Source of the DNA: an uncultured Chloroflexia bacterium
GTDB lineage: Bacteria > Chloroflexota > Limnocylindria > Limnocylindrales > CSP1-4
DNA length: 64,000 nucleotides
Assembly (NCBI GenBank): GCA_963813335.1
Contig: CAWEYL010000005.1
Span: forward strand, 1-64,000
Direction: 5' to 3'
The notes under the pieces were generated by a model. It searched no databases, was not told the DNA's origin, and saw only the letters and a list, made by a program, of their open reading frames with translations. A program made the translations under genes and the position numbers. Within the stretch, counting starts at the first letter, position 1. Each line of letters opens with the position of its first letter. This document shows, in pieces, positions 28,932 to 39,193 of the stretch.

Positions 28932-29927
28932 TCAGGACGCCCGGTACCAGCCGTCGCCCGGGGCCGGCAGCGCCGACAGCCGGTTCGGGTGCGCGTGCCA
29001 GGGTCGGCCGGCCGAGTCGGCCAGCTCGACGAGGCGGCGCAGTCGCGCCGCCCCGGTCGTCGCGAGGAAGGCATCGCGTGCCTCGGGCGCCAGCCGCGCG
29101 GCATCCGCCCAGACCGACCGGCCGACGAGCACGCCGCTGGCACCGGCTCGACAGGCCGTCGCGACCTGGGCCTCGAATGTCGGGTCGTCCACCCCGCCCG
29201 AGAGCAGGACCCACGGCGCGGCCGCGGCCTCGTCGAGCTCCTGGCAGGCCTCCAGCCAGCGGCCCTGGTCGGTGACGGACGGGTCGTAGGGGAACTCGGC
29301 CTTGAGGATCTCGCCGCCGATGGCCGTCATCCGCCGGGCGGTCTCGACGACGACGCGCCGGCGCGCGTCCCCGGTCAGCGGCTCGCCCTCGACGAGCGAG
29401 AACGACAGCGGCTCCACGAACAGCGCGAGGTCGGCGGCGCGGCAGTCCGCGACGACGTCGGCGACGAAGCGCTCCTGCGCGTCCGCGTTCGACGCCTCGG
29501 GGTGGTAATAGACGAGCAGCTTGGCGGCGGACGCCCCCATCCGCTTCGCCTGCTCCACGCTCCAGCCTTCGAGGACCCGGCTGACCCGCGCGGTCGAGGG
29601 CCCGAGGTAGCCGGTCGCCTCGATCGCCACGAGCAGCCCGGCCGTGGCCGGCAGCGACCCGTCGGCGATGCACTGGGCGGCGCCGATCTCGGGGTCGAGC
29701 AGCGTCCCCGTCGCGATCGGCGACAGCGCGCGGACGACCGCCCGCTTGAACTCGACCATCTCGTCGTAGGTGACCGATGCGGGGTCCGCCGGGCGCAGCT
29801 CCTTGCGCAGGTTCTGGCGGTGGTCGAGGGCGAGGACCGCGAACGTGCCGCGCGCGGACGCACACGCCGCGATGCCGCGCCTGGTGCCCAGGGCGAACGC
29901 GGCGCCGCCCGGCGCGCTGCCCGTCAC
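28932..29927 (-). CDS. lacD: Tagatose-1,6-bisphosphate aldolase (class I, LacD family)
   Basis: LALDHR, LLDPEIG, EATGY, AKLLVYYHP, ILKAEFP (Schiff-base Lys), WVLLSGGV, GVLVGRSVW. Confidence 0.82.
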   Translation of the reverse strand: MTGSAPGGAAFALGTRRGIAACASARGTFAVLALDHRQNLRKELRPADPASVTYDEMVEFKRAVVRALSPIATGTLLDPEIGAAQCIADGSLPATAGLLVAIEATGYLGPSTARVSRVLEGWSVEQAKRMGASAAKLLVYYHPEASNADAQERFVADVVADCRAADLALFVEPLSFSLVEGEPLTGDARRRVVVETARRMTAIGGEILKAEFPYDPSVTDQGRWLEACQELDEAAAAPWVLLSGGVDDPTFEAQVATACRAGASGVLVGRSVWADAARLAPEARDAFLATTGAARLRRLVELADSAGRPWHAHPNRLSALPAPGDGWYRAS

Positions 29928-31000
29928 GCCGGCCGCTCCGCGAACAGCCGGCGCGCGTTGTCGCGGTAGACCTTGCGCAGGACGTCGTCGGGCAGGCCGA
30001 TGCCGTGGATCTGCCAGCGGCCCTGTGCCGGGACCGGGTCCGTGCCGTAGTCGAACGACTCGTCGAACGTCTCGAGGAAGCGGTAGTGCACGGCGTAGGT
30101 CGCCGGGTCCGGACCCAGGTCCGCGCCGAACAGGATGCGGTCCGCATGGCGCAGGAAGAACGCCCGGGCCGTGTACGGCTGGCGGCCGAGCTCGCCCAGG
30201 CGCGCCGCGATGTCGACGCTCAGGTTCGGGTGCGCGTCGAGCAGCCTCGACACCAGCGCGAGGTCCTCGGCCGCGCAGCCCACGTGCGCCCCGATGAAGG
30301 TGGTCTGCGGGTGGCGCCCGACGAGCCGGTCGAAGGACGCCAGGAGCGCGTCGAAGCCGGGCACGCCCGGGGCGTCGGGATCGTCGTCCGGGCGGACCGG
30401 CCAGAAGTGCCAGTCCGGGTGGGCGTGCAGCTCCTCCCAGCGCTCGTTCTCGGGGTCGAGCGGTTCGAAGAAGGCGATGGGATCGGCGATGTGGATGACG
30501 ACCGGGAGGCCGAGCTCGGCGGCCGCCGTCCAGAGCGGGTCGAGCCGCGGGTCGTCCACGGCCACGAGGCGCCCGTCCGGATCGCGCGCCCGAAGGCCGA
30601 GGGTCTTCCAGACCTTGAGCCCCCGGGCGCCGCGGGCGGCGGCGTCGCGGAGGCGCGCCGCCTCCGTCTCGCCGAACGACGGGTCGGCGGCCCAGCTGTC
30701 GACATCGAGGCCGGCGGCGACCATCACCCGGCCGGGACCGGCCGGCGCCCAGCGGTCGATCTCCGCCGAGAGCGCGTCGCCCTGGCCGCCGTCGAGGTCC
30801 ACGATCGCCTCGATGCCGGCCGCGTCGAGCGTGGCGACCAGCTCGGCCGGGGACCGCGTCGCCCAGTCGCCGCCGAACGCCGAGCCGAGGTGGTTGTGAG
30901 CGTCGACCACGGGGAACCGGGGCCGCTCGACGGGATGCACCGGAACCCGCAGCGACGTCCGCGGCCGGAACTCCTCGAGGCGGAGGCCCGCAGCGGTCAT
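29924..31000 (-). CDS. Amidohydrolase family protein (Amidohydro_2)
   Basis: VDAHNH (HxH), GLKVWK, PVVIHIADP, IGAHVG, ILFGAD. Confidence 0.88.
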   Translation of the reverse strand: MTAAGLRLEEFRPRTSLRVPVHPVERPRFPVVDAHNHLGSAFGGDWATRSPAELVATLDAAGIEAIVDLDGGQGDALSAEIDRWAPAGPGRVMVAAGLDVDSWAADPSFGETEAARLRDAAARGARGLKVWKTLGLRARDPDGRLVAVDDPRLDPLWTAAAELGLPVVIHIADPIAFFEPLDPENERWEELHAHPDWHFWPVRPDDDPDAPGVPGFDALLASFDRLVGRHPQTTFIGAHVGCAAEDLALVSRLLDAHPNLSVDIAARLGELGRQPYTARAFFLRHADRILFGADLGPDPATYAVHYRFLETFDESFDYGTDPVPAQGRWQIHGIGLPDDVLRKVYRDNARRLFAERPA

Positions 31001-32070
31001 TCCCGGTCCAGGATGACCACCTGGCCGAGGTGCCGCGGGGCGTCCGGGTCGCAGCCCCGCGTCAGCGCGAGGCCGAGGGCCAGCGCGTGCGCCGGGTGGA
31101 GGAGGAGCGGCAGCCGGGCCGCCGGGTGGAGCCCGCCGCCGATGTGGCTCACCTCGCCGCCCGCGCCGGAGGTCTCGTCCGCGTCGCGGGCGAGCAGCCA
31201 CGTCGTCGCGCCGAGTGCGGCTGCCTCCCGGACCACGGCCACCTCGTCGGCCGCCCCGGGCCCGCCGACCAGCCCCACCACCAGCATGCCCGGCTCGCAG
31301 ACCGAGATCGGCCCGTGCCGGAATTCGAGCGGCTCATACGCGTTGGTGGGGACCTGGCTGGTCTCGGTCAGCTTGAGGCCCCATTCCGCGGCGATCCCGA
31401 ACGCCGGGCCGCCGCCGAGGACCACGACGCGGCTCCAGTCGGTCGCGGCGAGGCGGCGCCCGACGGTCGCCGCGGCCGCCGCCTCCGGCCAGCGGCCGGG
31501 GAGCTGGCCGAGGTCCGCCGCCAGCCGGTCGTCGCCGGCCACGGACGCGATCAGGCGGAGCAGCAGGGCGAGCATGCTCGCGAACGACCGCGTCATCACG
31601 ATGGCCGCCTCGTCGCCATCGGGCGAGACCAGCGCCACGTCCGCGGTCCGCGCGAGCGGGCTGTCCCCGCGGCAGGTGACGGCGATGGTCGGATGCCCCG
31701 CCCGACGCATCCGCTCGGCGACGTCGACCGCCTCCGATGTCGAGCCCGAGCGCGAGATGATCACGACCGGGTCCCGGCCCGCGGCCGACCCGCCGGTCGA
31801 TGTCTCGGCGAGCACCCCGTCCGGTCGCAGGATGAGCTCGGACAGCGGTGCGGCCAGGACCGGTCGGTGGAGGGCTGTGCGGGCCGTCGCCGCCGCGGCC
31901 TGCGCCAGGTAGTACGAGGACCCGGCGCCGGTGATGACGATCCGCCCGGCCCGCGTCAGCAGGTCGAGCGCGGCGGCCGGCGCGGCGTCGGCGGCGCCCA
32001 GCGCGGCCCCGATCGCGTCGCCCGAGGTCGAGCTCTCGCGCCAGGTCAACAGGTCTTCGAAGGCGGTCAT
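30997..32070 (-). CDS. Double SIS-domain protein (AgaS/GlmS-isomerase/FrlB-like sugar-phosphate deaminase or isomerase)
   Basis: TGAGSSY, ISRSGSTSE, MTRSF, LKLTET, EFRHGP, DAPRHLGQVV. Confidence 0.88.
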   Translation of the reverse strand: MTAFEDLLTWRESSTSGDAIGAALGAADAAPAAALDLLTRAGRIVITGAGSSYYLAQAAAATARTALHRPVLAAPLSELILRPDGVLAETSTGGSAAGRDPVVIISRSGSTSEAVDVAERMRRAGHPTIAVTCRGDSPLARTADVALVSPDGDEAAIVMTRSFASMLALLLRLIASVAGDDRLAADLGQLPGRWPEAAAAATVGRRLAATDWSRVVVLGGGPAFGIAAEWGLKLTETSQVPTNAYEPLEFRHGPISVCEPGMLVVGLVGGPGAADEVAVVREAAALGATTWLLARDADETSGAGGEVSHIGGGLHPAARLPLLLHPAHALALGLALTRGCDPDAPRHLGQVVILDRE

Positions 32071-32792
32071 CGGTCGCGAAGCTCCACGGAATAGCGATAG
32101 CGGTCGCCGCGGACCGTGCTCCGGCAGAACTCGATCGGCAGGTCGTCCTGGTCGTAGGCGACGCGCTCGACCCGGAGGGCCGGCTCGCCGCGGCGCTGGT
32201 CGAGGAGGGCCGCCTCGTCGGCCGTGAGCAGGATCGGCTCGAACGTCTCCCGTGCACGTGTCGGGCGGCAACCGTAGCGGGTCATGAGCGTGTCGTAGAG
32301 GCGGACGGACGAGAAGTCGACGGTCTCGAGCCTCGGGAACCGCCGCGCCGGCAGGTAGCTCGTCTCGACGACCAGCGGATCCGGACCGGCGAGCCGGAGC
32401 CGACGCAGCGACACCATCGACGTGCCCGGCGCGACGTCCAGCGCCTCCGCGACGTCGTCCGCGGCCCGCTCGGTGCGCAGGTCGAGGACCCTGGTGCCCG
32501 GCTGGAGCCCGTGCCGCTCGATCTCGCGGCTGAACGAGTAGAACCCGCCGATGGTGTGCTCGAAGCGCGGTGCGCTGACGTAGGTCCCCAGGCCGCGCCG
32601 GACCTCGAGCGCGCCGACGGCGATCAGGCCGCCGAGCGCCTGGCGGACGGTGGCCCGGCTGACGCCGTAGCGCTCCATCAGCTCGAGCTCGGTCTCCACC
32701 TGCGCGCCCGGCGCCAGCTCGCCGGCCCGGATCCGGTCGCGCAGGTCGGCCTCGATGCGGCGGTAGAGCGGCAGCCCCTCGACGTTGGCCAT
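32067..32792 (-). CDS. GntR family regulator, HutC subfamily (UTRA domain)
   Basis: PLYRRI..ETELELMERYGVSRATVRQAL..GLGTYV; C-terminal VRGDRY. Confidence 0.93.
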   Translation of the reverse strand: MANVEGLPLYRRIEADLRDRIRAGELAPGAQVETELELMERYGVSRATVRQALGGLIAVGALEVRRGLGTYVSAPRFEHTIGGFYSFSREIERHGLQPGTRVLDLRTERAADDVAEALDVAPGTSMVSLRRLRLAGPDPLVVETSYLPARRFPRLETVDFSSVRLYDTLMTRYGCRPTRARETFEPILLTADEAALLDQRRGEPALRVERVAYDQDDLPIEFCRSTVRGDRYRYSVELRDR

Positions 32793-32794
32793 GG

Positions 32795-33699
32795 TCAGCC
32801 CTTGATCCCGGTCATGGTGATCCCGCGGACGAACTGCCGCTGGGCGATCACGAACAGCACGATCATCGGGATCACGCTCACCAGCGCGCCCGCCATCAGG
32901 AGCGGCCACCGCCCGACGTACTGCCCCTGGAACAGCGACAGGCCCGCCGTCACGGTCAGCGTTTCGATGTCGCGCAGGTAGATGATCGGGTCGATCAGGT
33001 CGTTCCACGACCACATGAACGTGAAGATCGCCAGCGTCGCGAGCGCCGGCTTCGCCAGCGGCACGTAGATGTGGCGGTAGATCTGCCACGGGTTCGCCCC
33101 GTCCACGCGGGCCGCGTCGCCGAGCTCCTTCGGGATGGCCAGGAAGAACTGGCGGAGCAGGAAGGTCCCGAACGCGCCGCCGAGGAACGCGCCGACCCAC
33201 AGCGGCTCCTGGGTCCCGATCCAGTTCCCGCTCGTGGACGTCGGGTGCGGCAGCAGGCGGTACAGGATGAAGTTCGGGACGAGGACCACCTGGAACGGGA
33301 TGATCAGGGTGATCAGCAGCAGCGCGAACAGCGGCTCTCGGAACCGGAACCGGAGGGCCGCGAAGGCGAACGCGGCCATCGAGCAGCTGATCAGCTGGCC
33401 GATCGTGCTCAGCGCGGCGAGCTTGAACGAGTTGAAGAAGAAGGTGGCGAACGGCAGGGCGTTCCACATGTCCGGGTAGTTGTGCCACTGGGGGACGAGC
33501 GGGAAGAGCGTCGGCGGGCTGGCGAACACCTCGGACCGGGTCTTGAGCGACGTCGTGATCATCCACAGGAACGGGACCATCATCAGGATGCCCGCCGGCC
33601 ACCAGCAGCCCGATCAAGGCGGCTCGCCGGGTCGTGCGGCAGCCAGCGCCGGGGGCGTCGCGCCGGAGCGCTCCGGGGGGTGGCGACGTCGGCGCTCAC
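32795..33699 (-). CDS. Carbohydrate ABC permease (MalG-like), frameshift(s) near 33590-33615
   Basis: PFLWMITTSLK; IPKELGDAARVDGA; WSWNDL; GTG overlaps the upstream TGA at 33696-33699. Confidence 0.85.
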
Positions 33700-34609
33700 T
33701 GGTAGTGCACCCAGCGGCCCTGCGACCGGAAGTAGATCGCCGTGAAGAGGGCCACGATCGGAACAGGACCCACGACGCCGCGCTCGCGTAGCCCATCTTG
33801 AAGAACTTGAAGCCGTTCTCGTAGATGAAGTAGACGACCGTGATCGTGGCATCCGTCGGGCGAGGCTTGATCAGGACGAAGATCTGGTCGAACACCTGGA
33901 AGCCGGCGATCAGGGCCAGCACGCCGGTGAAGAAGACCGCCGGGGTCAGCAGCGGCAAGGTCACGTGCCGGAAGCGCGCCCACCGGCCGGCGCCGTCGAC
34001 GCTGGCGGCGTCGAGCAGCTCGGACGGGATCGCCTGGAGGGCGGCCAGGAAGATGATCACGTTGACCCCCAGCCCCTGCCAGATCGACATCGCGATGATC
34101 GACGGCATCGCGAGGGTCGGGTTGGTCAGCCATTTCTGCGGCGGGATGCCGACGACCCCGAGCGACCTGGTTGAGCAGCCCCGAGTCCGCGTTGTAGATC
34201 CACTGCCAGACCAGGGCGATGGCGATGGTCGAGGTCACGACCGGCAGGAAGTACGCGGTCCGCACGAGGGCGATGCCGCGGACCGCCTGGTTCAGCGCCA
34301 GGGCCAGGCCGAGCGCGATGGCCAGCCCCAGCGGGACCGACACGATCGTGTAGAAGAACGTGTTCCGGAGCGCCTTGAGGAATCGGTCGTCGGACAGCAG
34401 CGCGCCGAAGTTGTCGAGGCCGACGAACGTCGGTGGCGGTCAGCAGGTCCCACTTCGTGAGGCTGATCGCGAGCGTGCCCAGGATCGGCCCGGCCGACAG
34501 GAGGGCCAGGCCGATCAGGGTCGGGGCGAGGAACGCCAGGGCCCAGCGACCCTCGCCGGCCAGCGGCCCGCGACCCTTGCGGGCCGCGGGGCCGGGGATC
34601 GCTGATCAC
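33696..34609 (-). CDS. Carbohydrate ABC permease (MalF-like), several frameshifts
   Basis: Segments WALAFLAPTL, FVGLDNF, RTAYFLPVVTS, LLDAASVDGAG, KMGYASAASW are spread over three frames. Confidence 0.8.
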
Positions 34610-34638
34610 GGCGTGTGCTCGGGCGATCGGTCAGGCCG

Positions 34639-36026
34639 TCACTGGCTGGCGAGGATCTCGTCGAGCTGCGGGCAGCGACGTCGGTCAGCGGCCTGCTTGG
34701 CCGTCTTGTTCGGCTCGTTGAAGACGTTCGCGTCGAGCTCCGTCTGGAGCGTCGGTCGTCCAGTCGTTGAAGCCCTTGAACGATGGCTTGAGGTGGGCGT
34801 AGGCGATCGCCGCAGCGAGGACGTCGGCACCCGGGAACGAGGTGGCGAACGGCCCGGCCAGGACCTCCTTGTTGGCCGGCAGCGACGCCCGGAGCTCCAT
34901 GATCTTCGTCTGGGCCGCCGGGCTGGCGAGGTACTTGACGAAGGCCCACGCGGCCTCGGGATTCTTGGAGTTCTTGTAGACGACCGCGCCGGTCGGGTTG
35001 ATCGAGGTGGCCTGACCGGCCGACCCCTTCGGCAACGGGGCGATCCCGAAGTCGATGCCGGCCGACTGGTGGGTGGCCACCAGCCATGAGCCGTTGGCCT
35101 CCATGGCCGCCTTGCCCTGCTCGAAGGCGTCGCCGCTGTCGGCCGGCCAGGCGGCAGGGTCAGGCATGATCTTGTCCTTCCAGATCAGGTCCTGGAGGAA
35201 CTGGATGCCGCCGGCCGCCTCGTCGCTGCCGACGAGGCTGGTCTTGTGGTCGGCCGAGATGATGTCCCCGCCGTTCTGCCAGACGAGCGACGACCAGTAG
35301 TTCTCCATGTCCGTCGACTCGGTGTAGAAGCCCCACTGGGTGGCCTTGCCGGCGGCGTCCCGAAGCGTCAGCTTCTTGCCGACCTCGACCAGCTTCGCCC
35401 AGTCCCACGTCTCGTCGGGATACGGGATCGAGGCCGCGTCGAACATCTTCTTGTTGTAGTACAGGGCGACCACGTTGAGGTCGCGGGGCAGCCCGAACTG
35501 GCCGGTCGGCGTCGTGAAGTCGGCCACGGCCTGATCGGCGAGCTGGCGTCAGGTCGTACCCGTCGCGATCGATGAAGGGCTTGAGGTCGAGCAGGACGTC
35601 GCGGCTCTGGTAGTCGGGGAACAACGGCCCGTCCATCGCGAACACGTCGGGGGCGTCGCCGCCGGCGATCGATGTCTGGAGCTTGTCCCAGTACGGCTCC
35701 CAGTCGGACACGGTCACCTTGACCGTGATCTTCGGGGTGGCGACGTGGAAGGCGTCGACGATCGCCTGCTGGTTCTTGATCTCCTGCGGGTCGCCCCAGA
35801 TCGAGTAGGTGATCGTGGCCTCCGGGCCGGTGTAGCCCGCGTCGCTCGGGGCCGCCGACGCGGGGCTCGACGGCGCCGTCGAGACCGCGGCGCTCGGTGG
35901 CGCGGCGCTGGTCGGCGCGCTGGTGGCGGTCGTGCCGCTGCAGGCCCCGGCGATCAGGGCGACCACGGCCAGTAGCGTGAGCGCCGGAGCCGTCCGCGCG
36001 CGTCGCGCGGTCCGGTCGTTCGTCAT
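34639..36026 (-). CDS. Sugar ABC substrate-binding lipoprotein, frameshifts near 35550, 34755 and 34680
   Basis: Lipobox IAGAC; GDAPDVF; LYYNKKMFDAASIPYP; GGAGG before ATG 36026. Confidence 0.85.
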
Positions 36027-37366
36027 CGATCCGTGCCTCCTCCTCGGTCGGCGGCCGTGCCGCCCAGCCAGGCCGGGAGCCACTCGGCTTCGGCCTCGAT
36101 CATCTCGTCGGTCAGACGCCAGGCGTCGTCCAGGGTCAGGTGGCTCTGGACGATCGGGTCGGTCATCACCGCGTGGCCGATGGCCGCGCGGTCGTGGTCG
36201 AGCGCGGCCCGGACCGTCAGCCCCTGCATGTCCACGGCGCCGCGGACGTAGGCCGCCAGCTGGAGCGGCAGTGGCCCCATCGCGACCGGGTGGACGCCGA
36301 GCGCGTCCACCAGCGCCGGGACCTCGACGCAGGCGTCGGCGTCGAGGTTGGGGATCAGGGTGCCGCGGTTCATCGCGTTCACCACGATCCGGGCTGGCAC
36401 CCCGGTCGTCATGGCCTCGGCGATCGTGGCCGCGTACTCGCCGCTGCGCTCGATCTCGAACGGCTCACCGGCGTCCAGCATCCGCCGGGTCTCGGCGTAC
36501 TCCTCGAGGTTGTGCGACACGCGGTCGAGGTACTCGCCGATCGGGCACGTGGAACCGTTCCACGGCGTCGCCGTGGGCGTCGCGCTTGCCGATGTACCAG
36601 GGGTTGTACTCCGCGTGGTGCTCCGAGGACTCCGTGGGGTAGGCGCCCAGCCGGCGGAACAGCTCGGCGCGGACCAGGTCGTCGTCGGGCGCCTTGCCGG
36701 CCTCGATGAAGGCCCGCAGCGCCGGGAGCAGATCCCGACCCTCGTGCTCCATCCGCAGGACGAAGGCGTTGTGGTTGAGCCCGGCGGTCTCCGCGTGGAC
36801 CGCCTCGTGGGGCAGGCCGAGGTACCCGGCGAGCCGTGTCGATGGTCCAGAAGACCGAGTGGCACAGCCCGGCGACCTTGATCGACGTCGCCTCCGCGAC
36901 CGCCCGGACCAGGATCGCCATGGGGTTCGTGTAGTTCAGGAGCCACGCATCCGGGCAGACGCGCCTCCATGTCGCGGGCGATCCCGAGGACGACCGGGAT
37001 CGTGCGCAGGCCCCGGAACACGCCCCCGACGCCGATGGTGTCGTTGATCGTGTAGTGCAGCCCGAAGGTCGCCGGCACGGCGAAGTCGATCTCGGTCGCA
37101 CGGGCGCCGCCGACCTGGATCGTGTTGACCACGAAGTCCGCGCCGGCCAGCGCCTCGCGCCGGTCGAGATGGGCGGAGATCGTCGGGTCGGCATCGAGCG
37201 CGCCCGCGGTCCAGCGGGCCATCCGCTCCGCGGTCGCCAGCCGCTCCGGGTCGATGTCGTGCAGCGCGATGTGCGAGGTCCGCAGGGCCGGCGAGGTGAG
37301 CATGTCACCGAGCAGGTTCCGGGTGAATTCGACGCTGCCTGCGCCGACGAGGACGATCCGAGGCAT
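36023..37366 (-). CDS. Glycoside hydrolase family 4 (NAD+/Mn2+-dependent alpha-galactosidase, MelA-like), three compensating frameshifts
   Basis: [34 protein letters not shown]; [18 protein letters not shown] in a second frame; [14 protein letters not shown] in a third; IPNL..CVEVP back in the first. Confidence 0.88.
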   Translation of the reverse strand: MPRIVLVGAGSVEFTRNLLGDMLTSPALRTSHIALHDIDPERLATAERMARWTAGALDADPTISAHLDRREALAGADFVVNTIQVGGARATEIDFAVPATFGLHYTINDTIGVGGVFRGLRTIPVVLGIARDMEARLPGCVAPELHEPHGDPGPGGRGGDVDQGRRAVPLGLLDHRHGSPGTSACPTRRSTRRPPGSTTTPSSCGWSTRVGICSRRCGPSSRPARRPTTTWSAPSCSAGWAPTPRSPRSTTRSTTPGTSASATPTATPWNGSTCPIGEYLDRVSHNLEEYAETRRMLDAGEPFEIERSGEYAATIAEAMTTGVPARIVVNAMNRGTLIPNLDADACVEVPALVDALGVHPVAMGPLPLQLAAYVRGAVDMQGLTVRAALDHDRAAIGHAVMTDPIVQSHLTLDDAWRLTDEMIEAEAEWLPAWLGGTAADRGGGTDR

Positions 37367-37393
37367 CGCGGCTCCACGTGACGATGGTCGTCA

Positions 37394-37417
37394 GGACGTA
37401 CGGACGTCCGGATGTCA
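37394..37417. promoter_or_regulatory. Tandem 8-bp repeats, candidate HutC-type GntR operator
   Basis: GGACGTAC-GGACGTCC-GGATGTCA, directly downstream of a minus-strand extended -10 (TGcTACCGT) of the GH4 operon. Confidence 0.55.
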
Positions 37418-37474
37418 CGGTAGCAGGTCGGCCCCAAGTGGCGCAAGACCGTACACTCGAAGCAGGGCAGCGAG

Positions 37475-37487
37475 CCGAAACTTTCGG
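37475..37487. promoter_or_regulatory. Palindrome upstream of xylA (LacI-type operator candidate)
   Basis: CCGAAA-C-TTTCGG between a TACACT -10-like hexamer (37452) and the xylA RBS. Confidence 0.4.
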
Positions 37488-37506
37488 GCAGTTGGAGGGT
37501 CCGCGC

Positions 37507-38850
37507 GTGGGTCAGGAGTTCTTCACCGAGGTGACGGGCCCGATCCCGTTCGGCGGGCTCGGGTCGACGGACCCGCTCGCGTTCAAGGTCTACCAGCCCG
37601 ACCGGCTCGTCCTGGGCAAGCGGATGGTCGACCACCTCCGTCCCGGGGTCTGCTTCTGGCACTCGTTCTCGTGGCCCGGCGTCGACATGTTCGGGACCGG
37701 GACGCTCGATCGCCCGTGGCTCAGCGGGACCGGCGACCCGATGGCGGCGGCCCGCGAGCGGCTCGCGGTGGCGTTCGAGTTCTTCGCCAAGCTCGGCATC
37801 CCCTGGTACTGCTTCCACGACCGCGACGTCGCGCCGGAGGGCGGCTCGTTCGCCGAGTTCCGGTCCAACCTCGACGCGATCGTCGACGACGCGCTCGGCT
37901 ACCAGGAGCGCACCGGCGTGCGCCTGCTGTGGGGCACGGCCAACCTGTTCACCCACCCCCGCTTCCAGGGCGGCGCGGCCACGAACCCGGACCCCGAGGT
38001 CTTCGCCTACGCGGCGGCGCAGGTCAAGCACATGCTCGAGGTGACGCTGCGGCTCGGTGGCGAGAACTACGTGCTGTGGGGCGGCCGCGAAGGCTACGAC
38101 ACGCTGCTCAACACGGACCTCAAGCGCGAAGGCGCCCAGCTCGCCCGGTTCCTCCACCTCGTGGTGGAGCACAAGCACAAGATCGGCTACACCGGCCAGC
38201 TCCTGATCGAGCCGAAGCCGATGGAGCCCACCAAACACCAGTACGACTACGACTCGGCCACGGTCCACGGCTTCCTCGTCCGCAACGGACTCGAGGGCGA
38301 GTACGCGGTCAACGTCGAGGCCAACCACGCCACGCTCGCCGGCCACTCGTTCCACCACGAGGTCGCGTTCGCGACCGCGAACGGCTTCCTTGGCAGCATC
38401 GACGCCAACCGCGGCGATCCGCAGAACGGCTGGGACACCGACCAGTTCCCGAATTCGGTCGAGGACCTGACGATGCCGATGTACGAGATCCTGCGGAGTG
38501 GCGGCATCGCGCCGGGCGGCTTCAACTTCGATGCGAAGCTTCGCCGCCAGAGCTCCCACCGCACGGACCTCTTCCACGCCCACATCGGCGCGCTCGACAC
38601 GCTCGCCCAGGCCCTCCTCGCCGCCGCCGCCCTGATCGAGGACGGGCGGCTGGCAACGCTTCGTGACCAGCGTTACGCGGGCTGGGACGGCGACCTCGGG
38701 AGCGCCATCCTCGGCGGCTCGCTGGGCCTCGCCGACCTCGAGGCCCGCGTCGCCTCGGGCGAGATCGACCCGCGACCGGTGTCGGGCGCCCAGGAGCACC
38801 TCGAGAACATCGTCAACCAGGGCATCTGGCGGGCGGCCAAGGAGGGCTGA
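37507..38850 (+). CDS. xylA: Xylose isomerase (class II)
   Basis: [60 protein letters not shown]; GGAGG before GTG 37507. Confidence 0.97.
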   Translation: MGQEFFTEVTGPIPFGGLGSTDPLAFKVYQPDRLVLGKRMVDHLRPGVCFWHSFSWPGVDMFGTGTLDRPWLSGTGDPMAAARERLAVAFEFFAKLGIPWYCFHDRDVAPEGGSFAEFRSNLDAIVDDALGYQERTGVRLLWGTANLFTHPRFQGGAATNPDPEVFAYAAAQVKHMLEVTLRLGGENYVLWGGREGYDTLLNTDLKREGAQLARFLHLVVEHKHKIGYTGQLLIEPKPMEPTKHQYDYDSATVHGFLVRNGLEGEYAVNVEANHATLAGHSFHHEVAFATANGFLGSIDANRGDPQNGWDTDQFPNSVEDLTMPMYEILRSGGIAPGGFNFDAKLRRQSSHRTDLFHAHIGALDTLAQALLAAAALIEDGRLATLRDQRYAGWDGDLGSAILGGSLGLADLEARVASGEIDPRPVSGAQEHLENIVNQGIWRAAKEG

Positions 38851-38866
38851 CAGCCGGTCGCGGCGG

Positions 38867-39120
38867 TCAGGCGGGGAGCGGCACGCTCTCGACCATCGGC
38901 TTCACGACCTTGACCAGGGTCTCCATCGTCTCGAGGTCGTAGGGCGCCCCGAGCTCCACGATGAACGTGTGGAAGCCGATCCGCCGGTAGGCCACCATCG
39001 TCTCGGCGATCTGCTCGGCGGTGCCGGTCCAGAAGGTCTCGTCGTCGGCCACCCGCGACAGCGGGGTCCGGTTGTGCTCGAGCATCGCCCGCCGGACGCG
39101 CTCGGCTTCGGCCGCGGTGC
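38867..39120 (-). pseudogene. C-terminal fragment of a probable LLM-class flavin/F420-dependent oxidoreductase
   Basis: FWTGTAEQIAETMVAYRRIGFHTFIVELGAPYDLETME..VKPMV*; the N-terminal part is missing at the junction. Confidence 0.6.
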
Positions 39121-39193
39121 ATCGCCGCCGATGCGATCGACCGGAGGAGGCAAGGCCCGTCGTTTTGGGCCACGGGACGAACGAAACCGACAC

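Noticed and set aside
26983-30147. 1054-aa ORF as a giant multidomain kinase
   Set aside because: It is a read-through of shadow sequence, the N-terminal half of one PfkB gene (frameshift near 28355) and a separate LacC-like gene with its own ATG at 27957.
26983-32070. Sulfoglycolysis (sulfo-EMP) cluster
   Set aside because: The aldolase and PfkB families fit, but no GH31 sulfoquinovosidase, YihS-type isomerase or SLA reductase is present; SIS plus amidohydrolase point to an amino sugar. Not fully excluded.
33590-36970. Programmed frameshifting or phase variation in the sugar operon
   Set aside because: There are no slippery heptamers or long simple-sequence tracts at the shift sites, and too many independent shifts; sequencing error is simpler.
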